Shown here in pieces: positions 18,622 to 27,864 of a stretch of DNA of 64,000 nt; position 1 is the first letter of the stretch; every line of letters begins with the position of its first letter. The notes beneath the pieces are model-generated. The model was not told the origin of the DNA. It did no database searches and worked only from the letters and a program-made list of their open reading frames with translations. Position numbers and translations under genes: made by a program. Origin of the DNA: an uncultured Candidatus Poseidoniales archaeon (GTDB lineage Archaea; Thermoplasmatota; Poseidoniia; Poseidoniales; Poseidoniaceae). The stretch covers positions 878 to 64,877 of the forward strand of contig CAZNXM010000006.1 of the NCBI GenBank assembly GCA_964577145.1. Reading direction: 5' to 3'.

Positions 18622-18641
18622 ATGGGCCCTAAGGGGCCCAT
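18622..18641. promoter_or_regulatory. Perfect 8-bp inverted repeat ATGGGCCC-TAAG-GGGCCCAT between the divergent Na/Ca-exchanger and aquaporin start codons
   Basis: The palindrome ends 3 nt before the aquaporin ATG (18644); the flanks extend the symmetry imperfectly. Confidence 0.45.
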
Positions 18642-18643
18642 TC

Positions 18644-19243
18644 ATGGACAAAAGGTATGCAGCAGAATTTGCTGGTACATTCTTTATGGTCCTATGTGGA
18701 ACAGGAAGTATTGCTCTAGGATGGAGTCCATTTTTCGTTAGTTTTTCTTTTGGATTGGCAGTCACAATCGCGATTCTTGTATTCCAACCTATTTCTGGAG
18801 CACACATCAACCCCGCGGTCTCAATCGCATTTGCTGCGAGGGGAAATCTCGAACAAAAAGCATTACCCGGATATATTATCGCACAAGTATTGGGCGGATT
18901 TTTTGCGGCACTAATCATCACTGAAGGTCCAACTACTCCTAGGGTCTCTATGCCAACTGCGTGGGGAATCGAAATTGCAATTACGTTGATTCTAATGTTC
19001 TCTATCTTAGTACTTGTAAGATCTAATGCCAGCCTGCGAGTACTTGCGATAGGAGTTGGTTTAACCGTTGCAATATTGGCATTCTTTTTTGGTGAATTCA
19101 CTGGAGCTGGAATGAATCCCGCGCGGTCAATTGGCCCAAATATCGTTACTGGCACAGGAAATTTAATTCTATATTCCGTTGCACCAGTGCTTGGTGCAGT
19201 GCTTGCAAACTTTATCCCTGGGCCACTTGACGAAGAGCCTTGA
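18644..19243 (+). CDS. Aquaporin / MIP-family channel
   Basis: 199 aa; two NPA boxes (HINPAVS and GAGMNPARS); 6-TM pattern. Confidence 0.8.
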   Translation: MDKRYAAEFAGTFFMVLCGTGSIALGWSPFFVSFSFGLAVTIAILVFQPISGAHINPAVSIAFAARGNLEQKALPGYIIAQVLGGFFAALIITEGPTTPRVSMPTAWGIEIAITLILMFSILVLVRSNASLRVLAIGVGLTVAILAFFFGEFTGAGMNPARSIGPNIVTGTGNLILYSVAPVLGAVLANFIPGPLDEEP

Positions 19244-21797
19244 TGACATGTTCAGTTGAAGGAACTGTGTGGTCTTCGAGTGGCGGAGCGAATGGCACAG
19301 GAGTATCTAGGGCGCCGATAACAAGTGGTGCAGATTCAAGAGCATAGAATGCTTCTTCGATAATTCTACTCTGTATGGAATTTCCTAAGCCACCAAACCA
19401 CTGACCTTCTTGTAGAACTACTAGCCTGCCAGTACGGACCACACTTTGAACACATGTTTCTGCATCGAAAGGAATCAAAGTTCGCAGGTCGATAATCTCA
19501 ACTTCAATTCCCTCGGAAGATAACTCATCAGCAGCCTGTAATGCGATGTGAACCATCGCCCCCCAAGTGACTAGAGTGACATCTTTGCCACCTCTTATGA
19601 CTCCGGCCTTGCCAATTTTGAGACGCTTACCTGCTGCAATCGCATCATTGACCGGTTGTGTATCTACATCCTGATTGATATTCATACCCCATCCGGTCTT
19701 ACCTCCTCTTAATCCATACAATCCAATATGCTCGAGAAACATCACTGGGTCATCTAATTCAGCTGCTTCCCTCAGAAGGTCATACGCATCCTGAGGAGTG
19801 CCTGGAGCAAGTACAACCATTCCTGGGTCATTCGCATACCACGATTCGATCATGTTTGCATGGAATGGTCCACTTCGAGTCCTAGCACCTAATGGGCAAC
19901 GGATAGTCAGTGGGACATTTGCCCCCCACCGCCATCGAAGCATTGCGGCATTATTGATTAGAGCATTATGAGCTAATGCTGCGAAACCGCCGAATTGAAT
20001 TTCTGCCATCGGGCGTAATCCAGAGAGGGCAGCGCCTGTTGCTGAGTGGATAATTACCGCCTCGCAAAGAGGCATGTCAAGCAATTTGTCTTGGTGGCCA
20101 TTTGCTTTGAGTGGAATATTCATTCCAAAAGCGCCGGCGACCTCCATGTCTTCACCCATGAAGAAGGTCTTGTCGCCATAATGTGAAGCGATGTCACACA
20201 TGGCTTGCTGGATCGCTCTAGCATATGTCCAACCACCAGATTCAGCGTAAGTAAGTGAACACTCACCTACTGCTAAAGGTGATTCAGATTCCTCATTAAC
20301 TGCTGAACCTCCCAAGCGTTCAAGATGCATTTCATGAGTGTCTGCATCGTGCAGAGAAGTAATACCGATTGTCACTGTTGTAGGGTCTGCCCATTCCATC
20401 TCCTCAACGGCTTCGCGTGCAGTTTCTATCAATTCTTTTTCCTCTATTTCCATCTGCTCTAATTCGGATTCATCGACGCCAAGTTCGAGGAGAAGGCGGC
20501 GATGTGTAGGAATCGGGTCCTTTGCCTCCCAATAAGAGAGCAGTTCACGGTCCACATATCCTGGTGGTGTTCCCGATGGTGCACCGAGATAAAGGTCGTC
20601 ATGATGATGTGCATGTCCGCAACCGCGCATAGTTTCTACATGAATTAGAGTTGGGCCTGAGCCTGAAAGTGAAAATTCTCTTGCAGTTGCAACTGATGCA
20701 TGCCATGCTGCAGGGTCCGAACCATCGATTGCCCATGATGGCATGCCCATTGCCACACCCTTATCCCCCCATAATTCTGCATTGGACTGGTGAGTTGTCG
20801 GAGTATCTAATGCAATCTGATTATTTTGCAAAATATATCCAATTGGGAGGCCACGAGTTGCGGCAAAATTGATCGCTTCCCACCACTCACCAGAGGAGGA
20901 GGAGCCTTCGCCTATACATGCGAGATGAAATCGCTCCTCACCCTTTCTCATAGAGCCAAGTGCCATTCCAGTCATCGTGACCGAAGCAATAGGTAGAGGA
21001 GCGGTTGGGGGCAAAACGCCACGGTGAAAGCATCCAACGTGAAGATCTCTACCACCTGCGCCAGCGTGTCCACCATCCATAACTGACTCGGATTTGCCCA
21101 TTTGGGCAGTGATAATATTTCGAGGACTGTCTCCCATCGCCATGCAAAGTCCCACATCACGAATCATTGGTGCTACATAGTCTCCAGAATACTCGGAATC
21201 TGGCTCATTTAGTGGCTGTCGCTCAAGAGCTGTGCCTGCTGCAACACACGCCTCTTGCCAAGTTGAACGGAAGCCCTTACCACCAAATCTACCACCGTCT
21301 GGTGTTTCCATTCCTTCGAAAAATAACGCCTTCAGGTGCTCGTCTAGATTACGGGTACGTGTCATCATTCTCTGCCATTCAAGTCGTTGCTCAATTGTGA
21401 CTGACATGTACTGTGCTAAACGACGAAGACAAAGGTGTACATCAACGAGTAATCGACTCGCCCTACGGTCAAGGTGTGTCTTTGTATCTCTACGAGGAAT
21501 GACCTCACTATGTTTGGATAGGCCTGTTGCATCAATACGGGCCGAAAGACCTCGCTTTAGTGCATCTAAAACTCTCTGGGTATGGATATGCCATGATTCA
21601 CCATCGAATGAGGTTTCATCACGTATTACATGATCCCAAACCGCTGAAACCAATGGCAGATGGCCATCATGACGTTCAGAAATAAAACGCATCAATTCAT
21701 CCTTTGCTGCATCTGCAGGGAGCAGGTTCTGGAATTCAAGAGGAGTGCCTCCAGACCATTCAGTTCCTCGAATCGTTGGCATCTGGCCTTGCGACAT
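19212..21797 (-). CDS. Fused E1 alpha-beta thiamine-diphosphate-dependent 2-oxoacid (or acetoin-type) dehydrogenase component
   Basis: 861 aa; N-terminal half has the E1-alpha TPP-binding pattern (IGEGSSSSGEWWEAINFAATRGLPIGYILQNNQIA); C-terminal half is a transketolase-like pyrimidine-binding/C-terminal domain (E1-beta). No E2 or E3 gene nearby. Confidence 0.75.
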   Translation of the reverse strand: MSQGQMPTIRGTEWSGGTPLEFQNLLPADAAKDELMRFISERHDGHLPLVSAVWDHVIRDETSFDGESWHIHTQRVLDALKRGLSARIDATGLSKHSEVIPRRDTKTHLDRRASRLLVDVHLCLRRLAQYMSVTIEQRLEWQRMMTRTRNLDEHLKALFFEGMETPDGGRFGGKGFRSTWQEACVAAGTALERQPLNEPDSEYSGDYVAPMIRDVGLCMAMGDSPRNIITAQMGKSESVMDGGHAGAGGRDLHVGCFHRGVLPPTAPLPIASVTMTGMALGSMRKGEERFHLACIGEGSSSSGEWWEAINFAATRGLPIGYILQNNQIALDTPTTHQSNAELWGDKGVAMGMPSWAIDGSDPAAWHASVATAREFSLSGSGPTLIHVETMRGCGHAHHHDDLYLGAPSGTPPGYVDRELLSYWEAKDPIPTHRRLLLELGVDESELEQMEIEEKELIETAREAVEEMEWADPTTVTIGITSLHDADTHEMHLERLGGSAVNEESESPLAVGECSLTYAESGGWTYARAIQQAMCDIASHYGDKTFFMGEDMEVAGAFGMNIPLKANGHQDKLLDMPLCEAVIIHSATGAALSGLRPMAEIQFGGFAALAHNALINNAAMLRWRWGANVPLTIRCPLGARTRSGPFHANMIESWYANDPGMVVLAPGTPQDAYDLLREAAELDDPVMFLEHIGLYGLRGGKTGWGMNINQDVDTQPVNDAIAAGKRLKIGKAGVIRGGKDVTLVTWGAMVHIALQAADELSSEGIEVEIIDLRTLIPFDAETCVQSVVRTGRLVVLQEGQWFGGLGNSIQSRIIEEAFYALESAPLVIGALDTPVPFAPPLEDHTVPSTEHVIKALRQVAQG

Positions 21798-21859
21798 GGT
21801 CTCATCCCCTCATTTCTGCCGAAGGGGAGTATTCCTTCAAAGCATCGCATTTCCAATAA

Positions 21860-23116
21860 TTATTGCTCAGAAGCACGATTAGCCATCTCCGAAGCATAAC
21901 AATCACTGAGCATTTCCTTATTGCGTAGCGTAATCAATAGCCCTATTGCCATCGGTACAGCAAGTATTCCTAATGCAAAAGCCCATGAGTTTGTGTAATC
22001 ATAAACCGGTCCAATGATTAGTGGACCAATGATTGTACCTGCTGCCCATGCGGTTCCAAATGCACCGAATGCAAGTCCAGCACCACCCTCACCATATGCT
22101 TGTGATGTAGCTGTATCAACCATTGGCAACATCGGTACTTGAGCCGCAGCAATCGCGAATTGGAACAAACCAAGAATGATGATAATATAGTAAGCAGCAA
22201 TTACGGAATCTGTTACTTTCCAAGCGACAAGACCTGCTGAAATTAGTGAGATTGTAACGAGTGACCAGCCGAGAATCATGTACCTTACTGGGCCGTTTTT
22301 ATCGACAAGTGTTCCCCATAGCCATCCTCCTGCACCTTGAGCGAGAACCATGACAAGGAGTACCGCACCAATCCATCCCGAGTTCAATCCAAGGCTTTCA
22401 CCAAGGAATAGAGGTACTCCGGCTTCAAGTGCGCCGGTTGCAAGAGTTGTCATCATCACGAGTAAGCCGATTCTAAATAGAACCGGATTATTGATGAAAA
22501 CCGAAATTGGCACACCTCCTTGCACAGGTTCGTCTCCTTTACCTAGTTCATTTGTTGTGACATAAATTAGTGGGATTACTCCTGCGGTTAAAACTGCCAA
22601 TAGGATGAATGCAAGGTCTGGGTCGACCTCGTAGGCAAGTCCTCCAATTACTGGTCCAAGTAGTCCACCAATTGTTGCCATTGCAATCAATTTGCCAGAC
22701 ATCTCTCCAAAACGTGTTGGCCAAATTTGGCTTGCTGCAGCAAAGCCAGCGGTGAGAATCGCCGCCCCTGATGCTCCATGTATTAGCCTCGCCAATGCAA
22801 GTACATAGAATCCATCAATTGGTAACTTCATCGTGGCTACAAGATAGAGAAGGGCTGAGGCCGTTAGGAGAAATAGTGATGCAAGAATCGTTTTTCCTGC
22901 TCCAAACCTATCTGTAATACGTCCGGTTTTGGGACCAAAAAAGAACAAAGGTACTGCCCATAAAGAAACTAAGGCTGTTGCTTCAGTATTTGACAGTGCG
23001 AATTGTGCCTTCCATGAAGGCAATATTGGAACGATGAAGGCATATCCAAGAAAATCTACAATAAATGCAGCAGCAAGTGCCCAAAACGCCCACTTCTGAA
23101 CATTATCATCACTCAT
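21860..23116 (-). CDS. MFS transporter
   Basis: 418 aa; 12 predicted TM helices; MFS loop motif 'GRITDRFG'; 4-nt overlap (ATGA) with the upstream receiver gene. Confidence 0.7.
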   Translation of the reverse strand: MSDDNVQKWAFWALAAAFIVDFLGYAFIVPILPSWKAQFALSNTEATALVSLWAVPLFFFGPKTGRITDRFGAGKTILASLFLLTASALLYLVATMKLPIDGFYVLALARLIHGASGAAILTAGFAAASQIWPTRFGEMSGKLIAMATIGGLLGPVIGGLAYEVDPDLAFILLAVLTAGVIPLIYVTTNELGKGDEPVQGGVPISVFINNPVLFRIGLLVMMTTLATGALEAGVPLFLGESLGLNSGWIGAVLLVMVLAQGAGGWLWGTLVDKNGPVRYMILGWSLVTISLISAGLVAWKVTDSVIAAYYIIIILGLFQFAIAAAQVPMLPMVDTATSQAYGEGGAGLAFGAFGTAWAAGTIIGPLIIGPVYDYTNSWAFALGILAVPMAIGLLITLRNKEMLSDCYASEMANRASEQ

Positions 23117-24240
23117 TCCTCTTCCTCCACTTTTTCAGGAAGAGAAGATAAAACATCACCAAGCATCTCAGTAATATCTTCAATTCGTGTTAGTAGAGTA
23201 AGGTCTGTCACAGTTCCAGGTCGGCCCAAATCCCACATCAATTCGTGTGCGGTTTCGTTGACCAGTCTGGTGAATTCTAGAACTGCTGGGTCAATACGGG
23301 TTTTGTCTTCATCCTCAAGCAAAGCAATCTTATCAGGCACTTCGTCAAGAATTCCATCCATCATTTCCTCAATATCAGTTGCAATACCATCCGCTTGTGT
23401 TTGGAGGATTTTTTCCATTGAAGAGACGCTGCCTTCCCTCTTTGAAACACCTCCTCCTTCTCCAAGTGAACCTGTTTTTTTCATCGTAGGAATAAGGGCT
23501 CCAGCTAATTTTGTTGACTTGGCTTCTTTGGCTCCATCATCACTCTTCTCGACCTCGGCTGGAACTTCATCCATGTCGTTAACAATTGAATTCAGAGCCA
23601 ATCTGAGCATATTAGAAACAAGACTTGGATCTAAACTCTCTTCTACCTCAATACCTTCTTCTCCAAGTTGTCCAAGGATTTCATTTACGAAATCAACATT
23701 GATTTTCTCCGGGGTCACCAAGCCTTTGAGCATGGGTAAAGCCCACGACCCATCGCCCATTACCATCGAGACATCGAAGGTTCCACCACCTCCGGTTCCT
23801 GTCGCATCGCTAACATCTGCAGGTGGTTTGACGAATTGCTTCTTGGAATGCTTCTCAAGTTGCGCTAATAGTAAGTTCATGTCAACCGGTTTGGAAATTA
23901 CTTCACTTATTCCCGCTCTTGCAGCACTTACAAGATATTCTTCTGTTGTTGTTCGAGAAAGAATCACAATCCTACATTTGAAAGCAAACTCCGGGTCGCT
24001 CATCAACCGTTGGCTTGCATCGATAGCATCATCAGTGTTCCATTCGCCATCTATCAAGACAATTTCTGGCATTGTAGCAAGTGCTGTACCCTCTGCCTGC
24101 CGAAGCGTTCCGGCCCGTGTTACATCATAGCCTGCGCGCTCAAGAGTACTGGCGAGAAGACTGCGTCTTCCCTCATTCTCGTCGGCCACAATGAGCTTTG
24201 CCACAAATGGGGGCTCTGTAAGAGCCCCTTGAAGGTTCAC
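23113..24240 (-). CDS. CheY-like receiver-domain protein with a novel acidic C-terminal region of about 230 aa
   Basis: N-terminal REC signature: acidic pair (ADENEG), phospho-acceptor Asp in 'IVLIDGEW', conserved T (SRTTT), KP (ISKPVD). No recognisable output domain. Confidence 0.65.
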   Translation of the reverse strand: MNLQGALTEPPFVAKLIVADENEGRRSLLASTLERAGYDVTRAGTLRQAEGTALATMPEIVLIDGEWNTDDAIDASQRLMSDPEFAFKCRIVILSRTTTEEYLVSAARAGISEVISKPVDMNLLLAQLEKHSKKQFVKPPADVSDATGTGGGGTFDVSMVMGDGSWALPMLKGLVTPEKINVDFVNEILGQLGEEGIEVEESLDPSLVSNMLRLALNSIVNDMDEVPAEVEKSDDGAKEAKSTKLAGALIPTMKKTGSLGEGGGVSKREGSVSSMEKILQTQADGIATDIEEMMDGILDEVPDKIALLEDEDKTRIDPAVLEFTRLVNETAHELMWDLGRPGTVTDLTLLTRIEDITEMLGDVLSSLPEKVEEEE

Positions 24241-24256
24241 CTACAAAGACTGCCTT

Positions 24257-25342
24257 TCAACCGTGGATGATACCATCTGGGTCGACTGCCGACCAACCCG
24301 CAATCCCATCTTCGAGATTGAATAATCTAGTAGAATCAAAACCTGACTGAATTAATTGAGCGATAGCGATAGAAGAACGCACTCCTCCTAAGCAGTGAAG
24401 CAAAACATCCCTGTCATCAGGAATACGCGGAACTACAGAAACTATCTCTGGATGAGGACAAAAATCATCACTACGAGCGATTTTATTTTGCTCTCTCTCG
24501 CCTTGACTCCTCACATCGATTATGTATGGATTCCATCCACCTTCAATTCGTTGTATTGCCTCGCTTGCGTTAAGTGACTGCATCATCGTTTCATCGGCAT
24601 CAATTGCCGCCTCTTCAACCTGTTCACTCTCAATATTACCGAATTTCAATATTCGAATCGATGCTTCAAGTGCATCAAAGATTAGCAACTTCCCTCTAAG
24701 TGGCTCTCCTTGTCCGATGATAATTTTGATTACTTCTGTAGCTTGAAGGCAACCGATAGTCCCTGGAAGAACTCCTAATACTCCTGCTTCAGCACATGAT
24801 GGAATCAATTCATCAGGTGGTGCTTCTGGAAATAGATCTGAATAGGTTGGTCCGCCGTTGAAATTGAAGACCGAAACCTGTCCTTCAAATCTATAAACCG
24901 AACCATATACCCATGGTATCCCTAATTTAATGCATGTGTTATCAATCAAATATCTCGTAGGTATATTGTCGGTACCATCGATGACAATATCATGCCCATC
25001 GAATAGTTGTTCGGCATTGTCCTCACTGACTCTTTCAACAAAATGAGCAACTGAAATATTCGGGTCGAGTTCTGTGATGAACCGTGCTGCAGATTCTGCC
25101 TTTGGAGTCCCAACATCTGCAGTGCGATGGAGAATTTGACGTTGTAAATTTGAGATATCTATCATATCATCATCGACAATTGTGATGTGGCCAACCCCTG
25201 CAGCAGCCAGATACTGGATTACTGGGCAACCTAGGCCACCAGCACCTACGCATAGCACCTTAGCCTTCGAAAGTCTGGTTTGCCCTTCAATCCCAACTTG
25301 GGGCAAAAGGACATGCCGTGAGTGGCGCGCAAGGTCTACCAT
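24257..25342 (-). CDS. moeB: MoeB/ThiF-type E1-like adenylyltransferase fused to a C-terminal rhodanese domain (MOCS3/UbaA-like)
   Basis: 361 aa; 'VLCVGAGGLGCPVIQYLAAAGVG…DDDMIDISNLQRQ' nucleotide-binding motif; C-terminal rhodanese with active-site Cys (LHCLGGVRS). Confidence 0.85.
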   Translation of the reverse strand: MVDLARHSRHVLLPQVGIEGQTRLSKAKVLCVGAGGLGCPVIQYLAAAGVGHITIVDDDMIDISNLQRQILHRTADVGTPKAESAARFITELDPNISVAHFVERVSEDNAEQLFDGHDIVIDGTDNIPTRYLIDNTCIKLGIPWVYGSVYRFEGQVSVFNFNGGPTYSDLFPEAPPDELIPSCAEAGVLGVLPGTIGCLQATEVIKIIIGQGEPLRGKLLIFDALEASIRILKFGNIESEQVEEAAIDADETMMQSLNASEAIQRIEGGWNPYIIDVRSQGEREQNKIARSDDFCPHPEIVSVVPRIPDDRDVLLHCLGGVRSSIAIAQLIQSGFDSTRLFNLEDGIAGWSAVDPDGIIHG

Positions 25343-25353
25343 CAGAGGGTGCG

Positions 25354-26319
25354 TCAGTGAACGTTGTCTTCAAGCCAACGCTCAGCATCGATTGCAGCTT
25401 GACATCCTAAACCAGCAGCAGTAATGGCTTGTTTGTAACGGGTATCAACAACATCTCCAGCGGCAAAAATCCCAGGAACACTTGTCATAGTGAGTTCCTT
25501 ATGAATCAAATATCCCTCTTCATCAGTCTCTAATTGTCCATCGAGGAAAGACGTAATTGGCTTATGCCCTATGGCAATAAATGCACCTGTTACCGAGAGT
25601 TCCTCGGTAGAACCATCTCTGGGGTCCTCAAGAATAGCGCCGGTAAGTCCACTTTCGTCCGACAGCCACTTTTTCACCTGTCGGAAGGTACGAATCTCAA
25701 TTTTGGGATGTGCTACTGCTCGGTCGTACATCACTTGCGATGCACGGAAAACATCACGGCGATGGACCAATGTTACTTTGGATGCGAACCGTGTCAGGAA
25801 AGTGGCTTCTTCCATTGCAGAATCTCCTCCACCAACAACCATGATCTCCTGTTCACGGAAAAAGGCACCATCGCATGTTGCACAAGTTGAAATTCCACGC
25901 CCCTTCTGTTCATTCTCACCTTCGACACCAAGCCATATCGACTCAGCACCAGTGCAAATAATCAGTGTATGTGCTTGGTATTCCTCTCCTTCGCTGTATA
26001 CCTTGAACGGACGAGAAGTTGTGTCGACACTCTCGACATTGCGGTCTTGTACCTCCAAACCAAAGCGTTCGGCTTGTTCACGTAATTGCATCATCATTTC
26101 TGGTCCACCGATTCCTTCGGGGTATCCAGGGAAATTCTCGACGTCGCTGGTCAGCATCAACTGCCCACCGGACATGTATCCTGCGAACATTAGAGGACGC
26201 AACATTGCCCGAGCATTATACAATCCTGCAGTATAGCCTGCGGGACCGCTTCCGATGATGATGACATTGCGCACTTCGTCGCCCATGAGCCCTTCCATGC
26301 GCATGTCATCCTTGAACAT
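25354..26319 (-). CDS. trxB: Thioredoxin-disulfide reductase
   Basis: 'IIIGSGPAGYTAG' FAD-binding motif; redox-active 'CATCDG'; NAD(P)-binding GGGDSAME. True start is probably one of the internal Mets before IIIGSG. Confidence 0.85.
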   Translation of the reverse strand: MFKDDMRMEGLMGDEVRNVIIIGSGPAGYTAGLYNARAMLRPLMFAGYMSGGQLMLTSDVENFPGYPEGIGGPEMMMQLREQAERFGLEVQDRNVESVDTTSRPFKVYSEGEEYQAHTLIICTGAESIWLGVEGENEQKGRGISTCATCDGAFFREQEIMVVGGGDSAMEEATFLTRFASKVTLVHRRDVFRASQVMYDRAVAHPKIEIRTFRQVKKWLSDESGLTGAILEDPRDGSTEELSVTGAFIAIGHKPITSFLDGQLETDEEGYLIHKELTMTSVPGIFAAGDVVDTRYKQAITAAGLGCQAAIDAERWLEDNVH

Positions 26320-26345
26320 TCGCTCTGAAGATTGAAGCCAATGAG

Positions 26346-26906
26346 TTGATTGGCCCCCCTATGGATGTAATATCTCACTGGCTATGGGGGATGGCCTTCA
26401 CAAGAAAAAAAGTATCTTGGAAAGTATCTGGGCCCATGGGTGTTTTACCTGACCTTATGGCATTCATCCCGGCTTCAATCGTAGGACTGATGCAAGGTCG
26501 AGATAGAGTTCATGTCGATGAAAACACGGTCACTTCGGACATGCACCCTATCGCTTGGGACATCTATCAGTGGTCGCATTCTCTATTCTTCGCCTTACTT
26601 ATTTTCCTTGGAGTTTGGTATGTCCTCCATAGAAGAGGTCATGAGACTCCGAGACTATTGGCATGGTACACAACCATACCCTGGATTGCACATATCATCG
26701 TCGATATACCAAGTCACACAATACAATTCTTCCCAACGCCATTCCTACATCCGTTTAGTGATTGGATGATTGATGGTACTAGTTGGGGAACGCCATGGGT
26801 TTGGTTCACCAATGTCGCACTATTGGCACTAACATGGGGTATTGTTCTGTGGAGAGAGCGCAATCAAAGCATGGATGAAATCGCAGATATTGAAGCTCTA
26901 GCATGA
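26346..26906 (+). CDS. Membrane-bound metal-dependent hydrolase-like protein (DUF457/YdjM-like)
   Basis: 186 aa; multi-TM with His-rich motifs (DVISHWLWG, HIIVDIPSH) as in the YdjM family; weak. Confidence 0.4.
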   Translation: MIGPPMDVISHWLWGMAFTRKKVSWKVSGPMGVLPDLMAFIPASIVGLMQGRDRVHVDENTVTSDMHPIAWDIYQWSHSLFFALLIFLGVWYVLHRRGHETPRLLAWYTTIPWIAHIIVDIPSHTIQFFPTPFLHPFSDWMIDGTSWGTPWVWFTNVALLALTWGIVLWRERNQSMDEIADIEALA

Positions 26907-27259
26907 GGTTCCAGACGAGGACCTATGTGTTCTGGCTCAGCACCGGGACCAATTATTCCCAAGCCAATTGGCTTGTCATGTACTAGTTGAAGTTCAATGA
27001 TGGCTTTGGTTACTACTTGGCCCATTACCAAACCATGTTGAGTTTGGCCACGCTCGATAATTCCAAGGCATGCTGCTCCGTCAATATCATCGCCTGAAAG
27101 TAAGCGGTCAAGTGCAAGTGGAACTTCCATTGCCCCTGGAACCCAAACAACTTCTACAACCTCAAGGCCTTCTTCATCGGCCTGCTGTTGAGCGAAAACT
27201 AACATGCGTTCTATCTCTGCTTTGTGAAAACTACCGCACACGATTGCGATTCGACTCAT
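26864..27259 (-). CDS. ribH: 6,7-dimethyl-8-ribityllumazine synthase (or archaeal lumazine-synthase-like riboflavin synthase)
   Basis: 131 aa; 'VVWVPGAMEVP…LGIIERGQTQH' lumazine-synthase core motifs; sits in the rib cluster. Confidence 0.7.
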   Translation of the reverse strand: MSRIAIVCGSFHKAEIERMLVFAQQQADEEGLEVVEVVWVPGAMEVPLALDRLLSGDDIDGAACLGIIERGQTQHGLVMGQVVTKAIIELQLVHDKPIGLGIIGPGAEPEHIGPRLEPHARASISAISSML

Positions 27260-27864
27260 GCCATTCCCTCCATGATCCTCTCTACTGTACTAACTACAGT
27301 CTGTGTCATCGTATCTACTTCGATGTTGACATTGCTACCCAATTGTTTGCCACCGATAGTTGTCAATCGCAGAGTTTCAGGAATAAGGTGCAGTGAAAAA
27401 CCACCCTCTTCGACATGACCAACGGTTAGAGAAATGCCATCTATGGCTACAAATCCCTTTGGCTGAATGAATCGAAGTATGTCATCTGGACAATCTATGA
27501 AAAGGTCTAGATGGTCTTCCCCACCATCTCGAGTGATTATTTCTCCCGTACCCATAATATGTCCAGAAAGAAGGTGACCTCCTAATTCATCTCCCATTTT
27601 CAGAGCGCGCTCGAGATTGACCCAATTGCCCTCAACTTTTTCACCGATTGTTGTTAGTTGAAGAGTTTCAGGAATTACATCAAAAGAAATTTCAGAACCA
27701 TTTATCCCCGCTACGGTTAAGCAAACTCCATCCACACAAACCGAGGCTCCTACTTCAAGTAAGTCGGTGCTAACTAGACTGAAATCAATTATGATTCTAA
27801 TCACTTCATCGCCTTCAGATGATACGATTCTACCCATTCCTGCAACAATTCCAGTGAACATCAA
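27256..27864 (-). CDS. ribE: Riboflavin synthase, eubacterial type (two lumazine-binding repeats)
   Basis: 202 aa; 'MFTGIV…GASVCVDGVCLTV' and 'GFVAIDGISLTVGHV' repeats match bacterial RibE. Confidence 0.85.
   Translation of the reverse strand: MMFTGIVAGMGRIVSSEGDEVIRIIIDFSLVSTDLLEVGASVCVDGVCLTVAGINGSEISFDVIPETLQLTTIGEKVEGNWVNLERALKMGDELGGHLLSGHIMGTGEIITRDGGEDHLDLFIDCPDDILRFIQPKGFVAIDGISLTVGHVEEGGFSLHLIPETLRLTTIGGKQLGSNVNIEVDTMTQTVVSTVERIMEGMA

Noticed and set aside
23258-24130. 290-aa plus-strand ORF (Ser/Pro/Thr-rich)
   Set aside because: It lies antisense to the receiver-domain gene, which has a clear CheY-like motif set. The composition is what you get from reading the complement of a GAA/GAG-rich acidic coding region. 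It is a shadow ORF.
25571-26236. 221-aa plus-strand ORF
   Set aside because: It is antisense to trxB, which has unmistakable FAD/NAD and CATC motifs. It has no motif support of its own.
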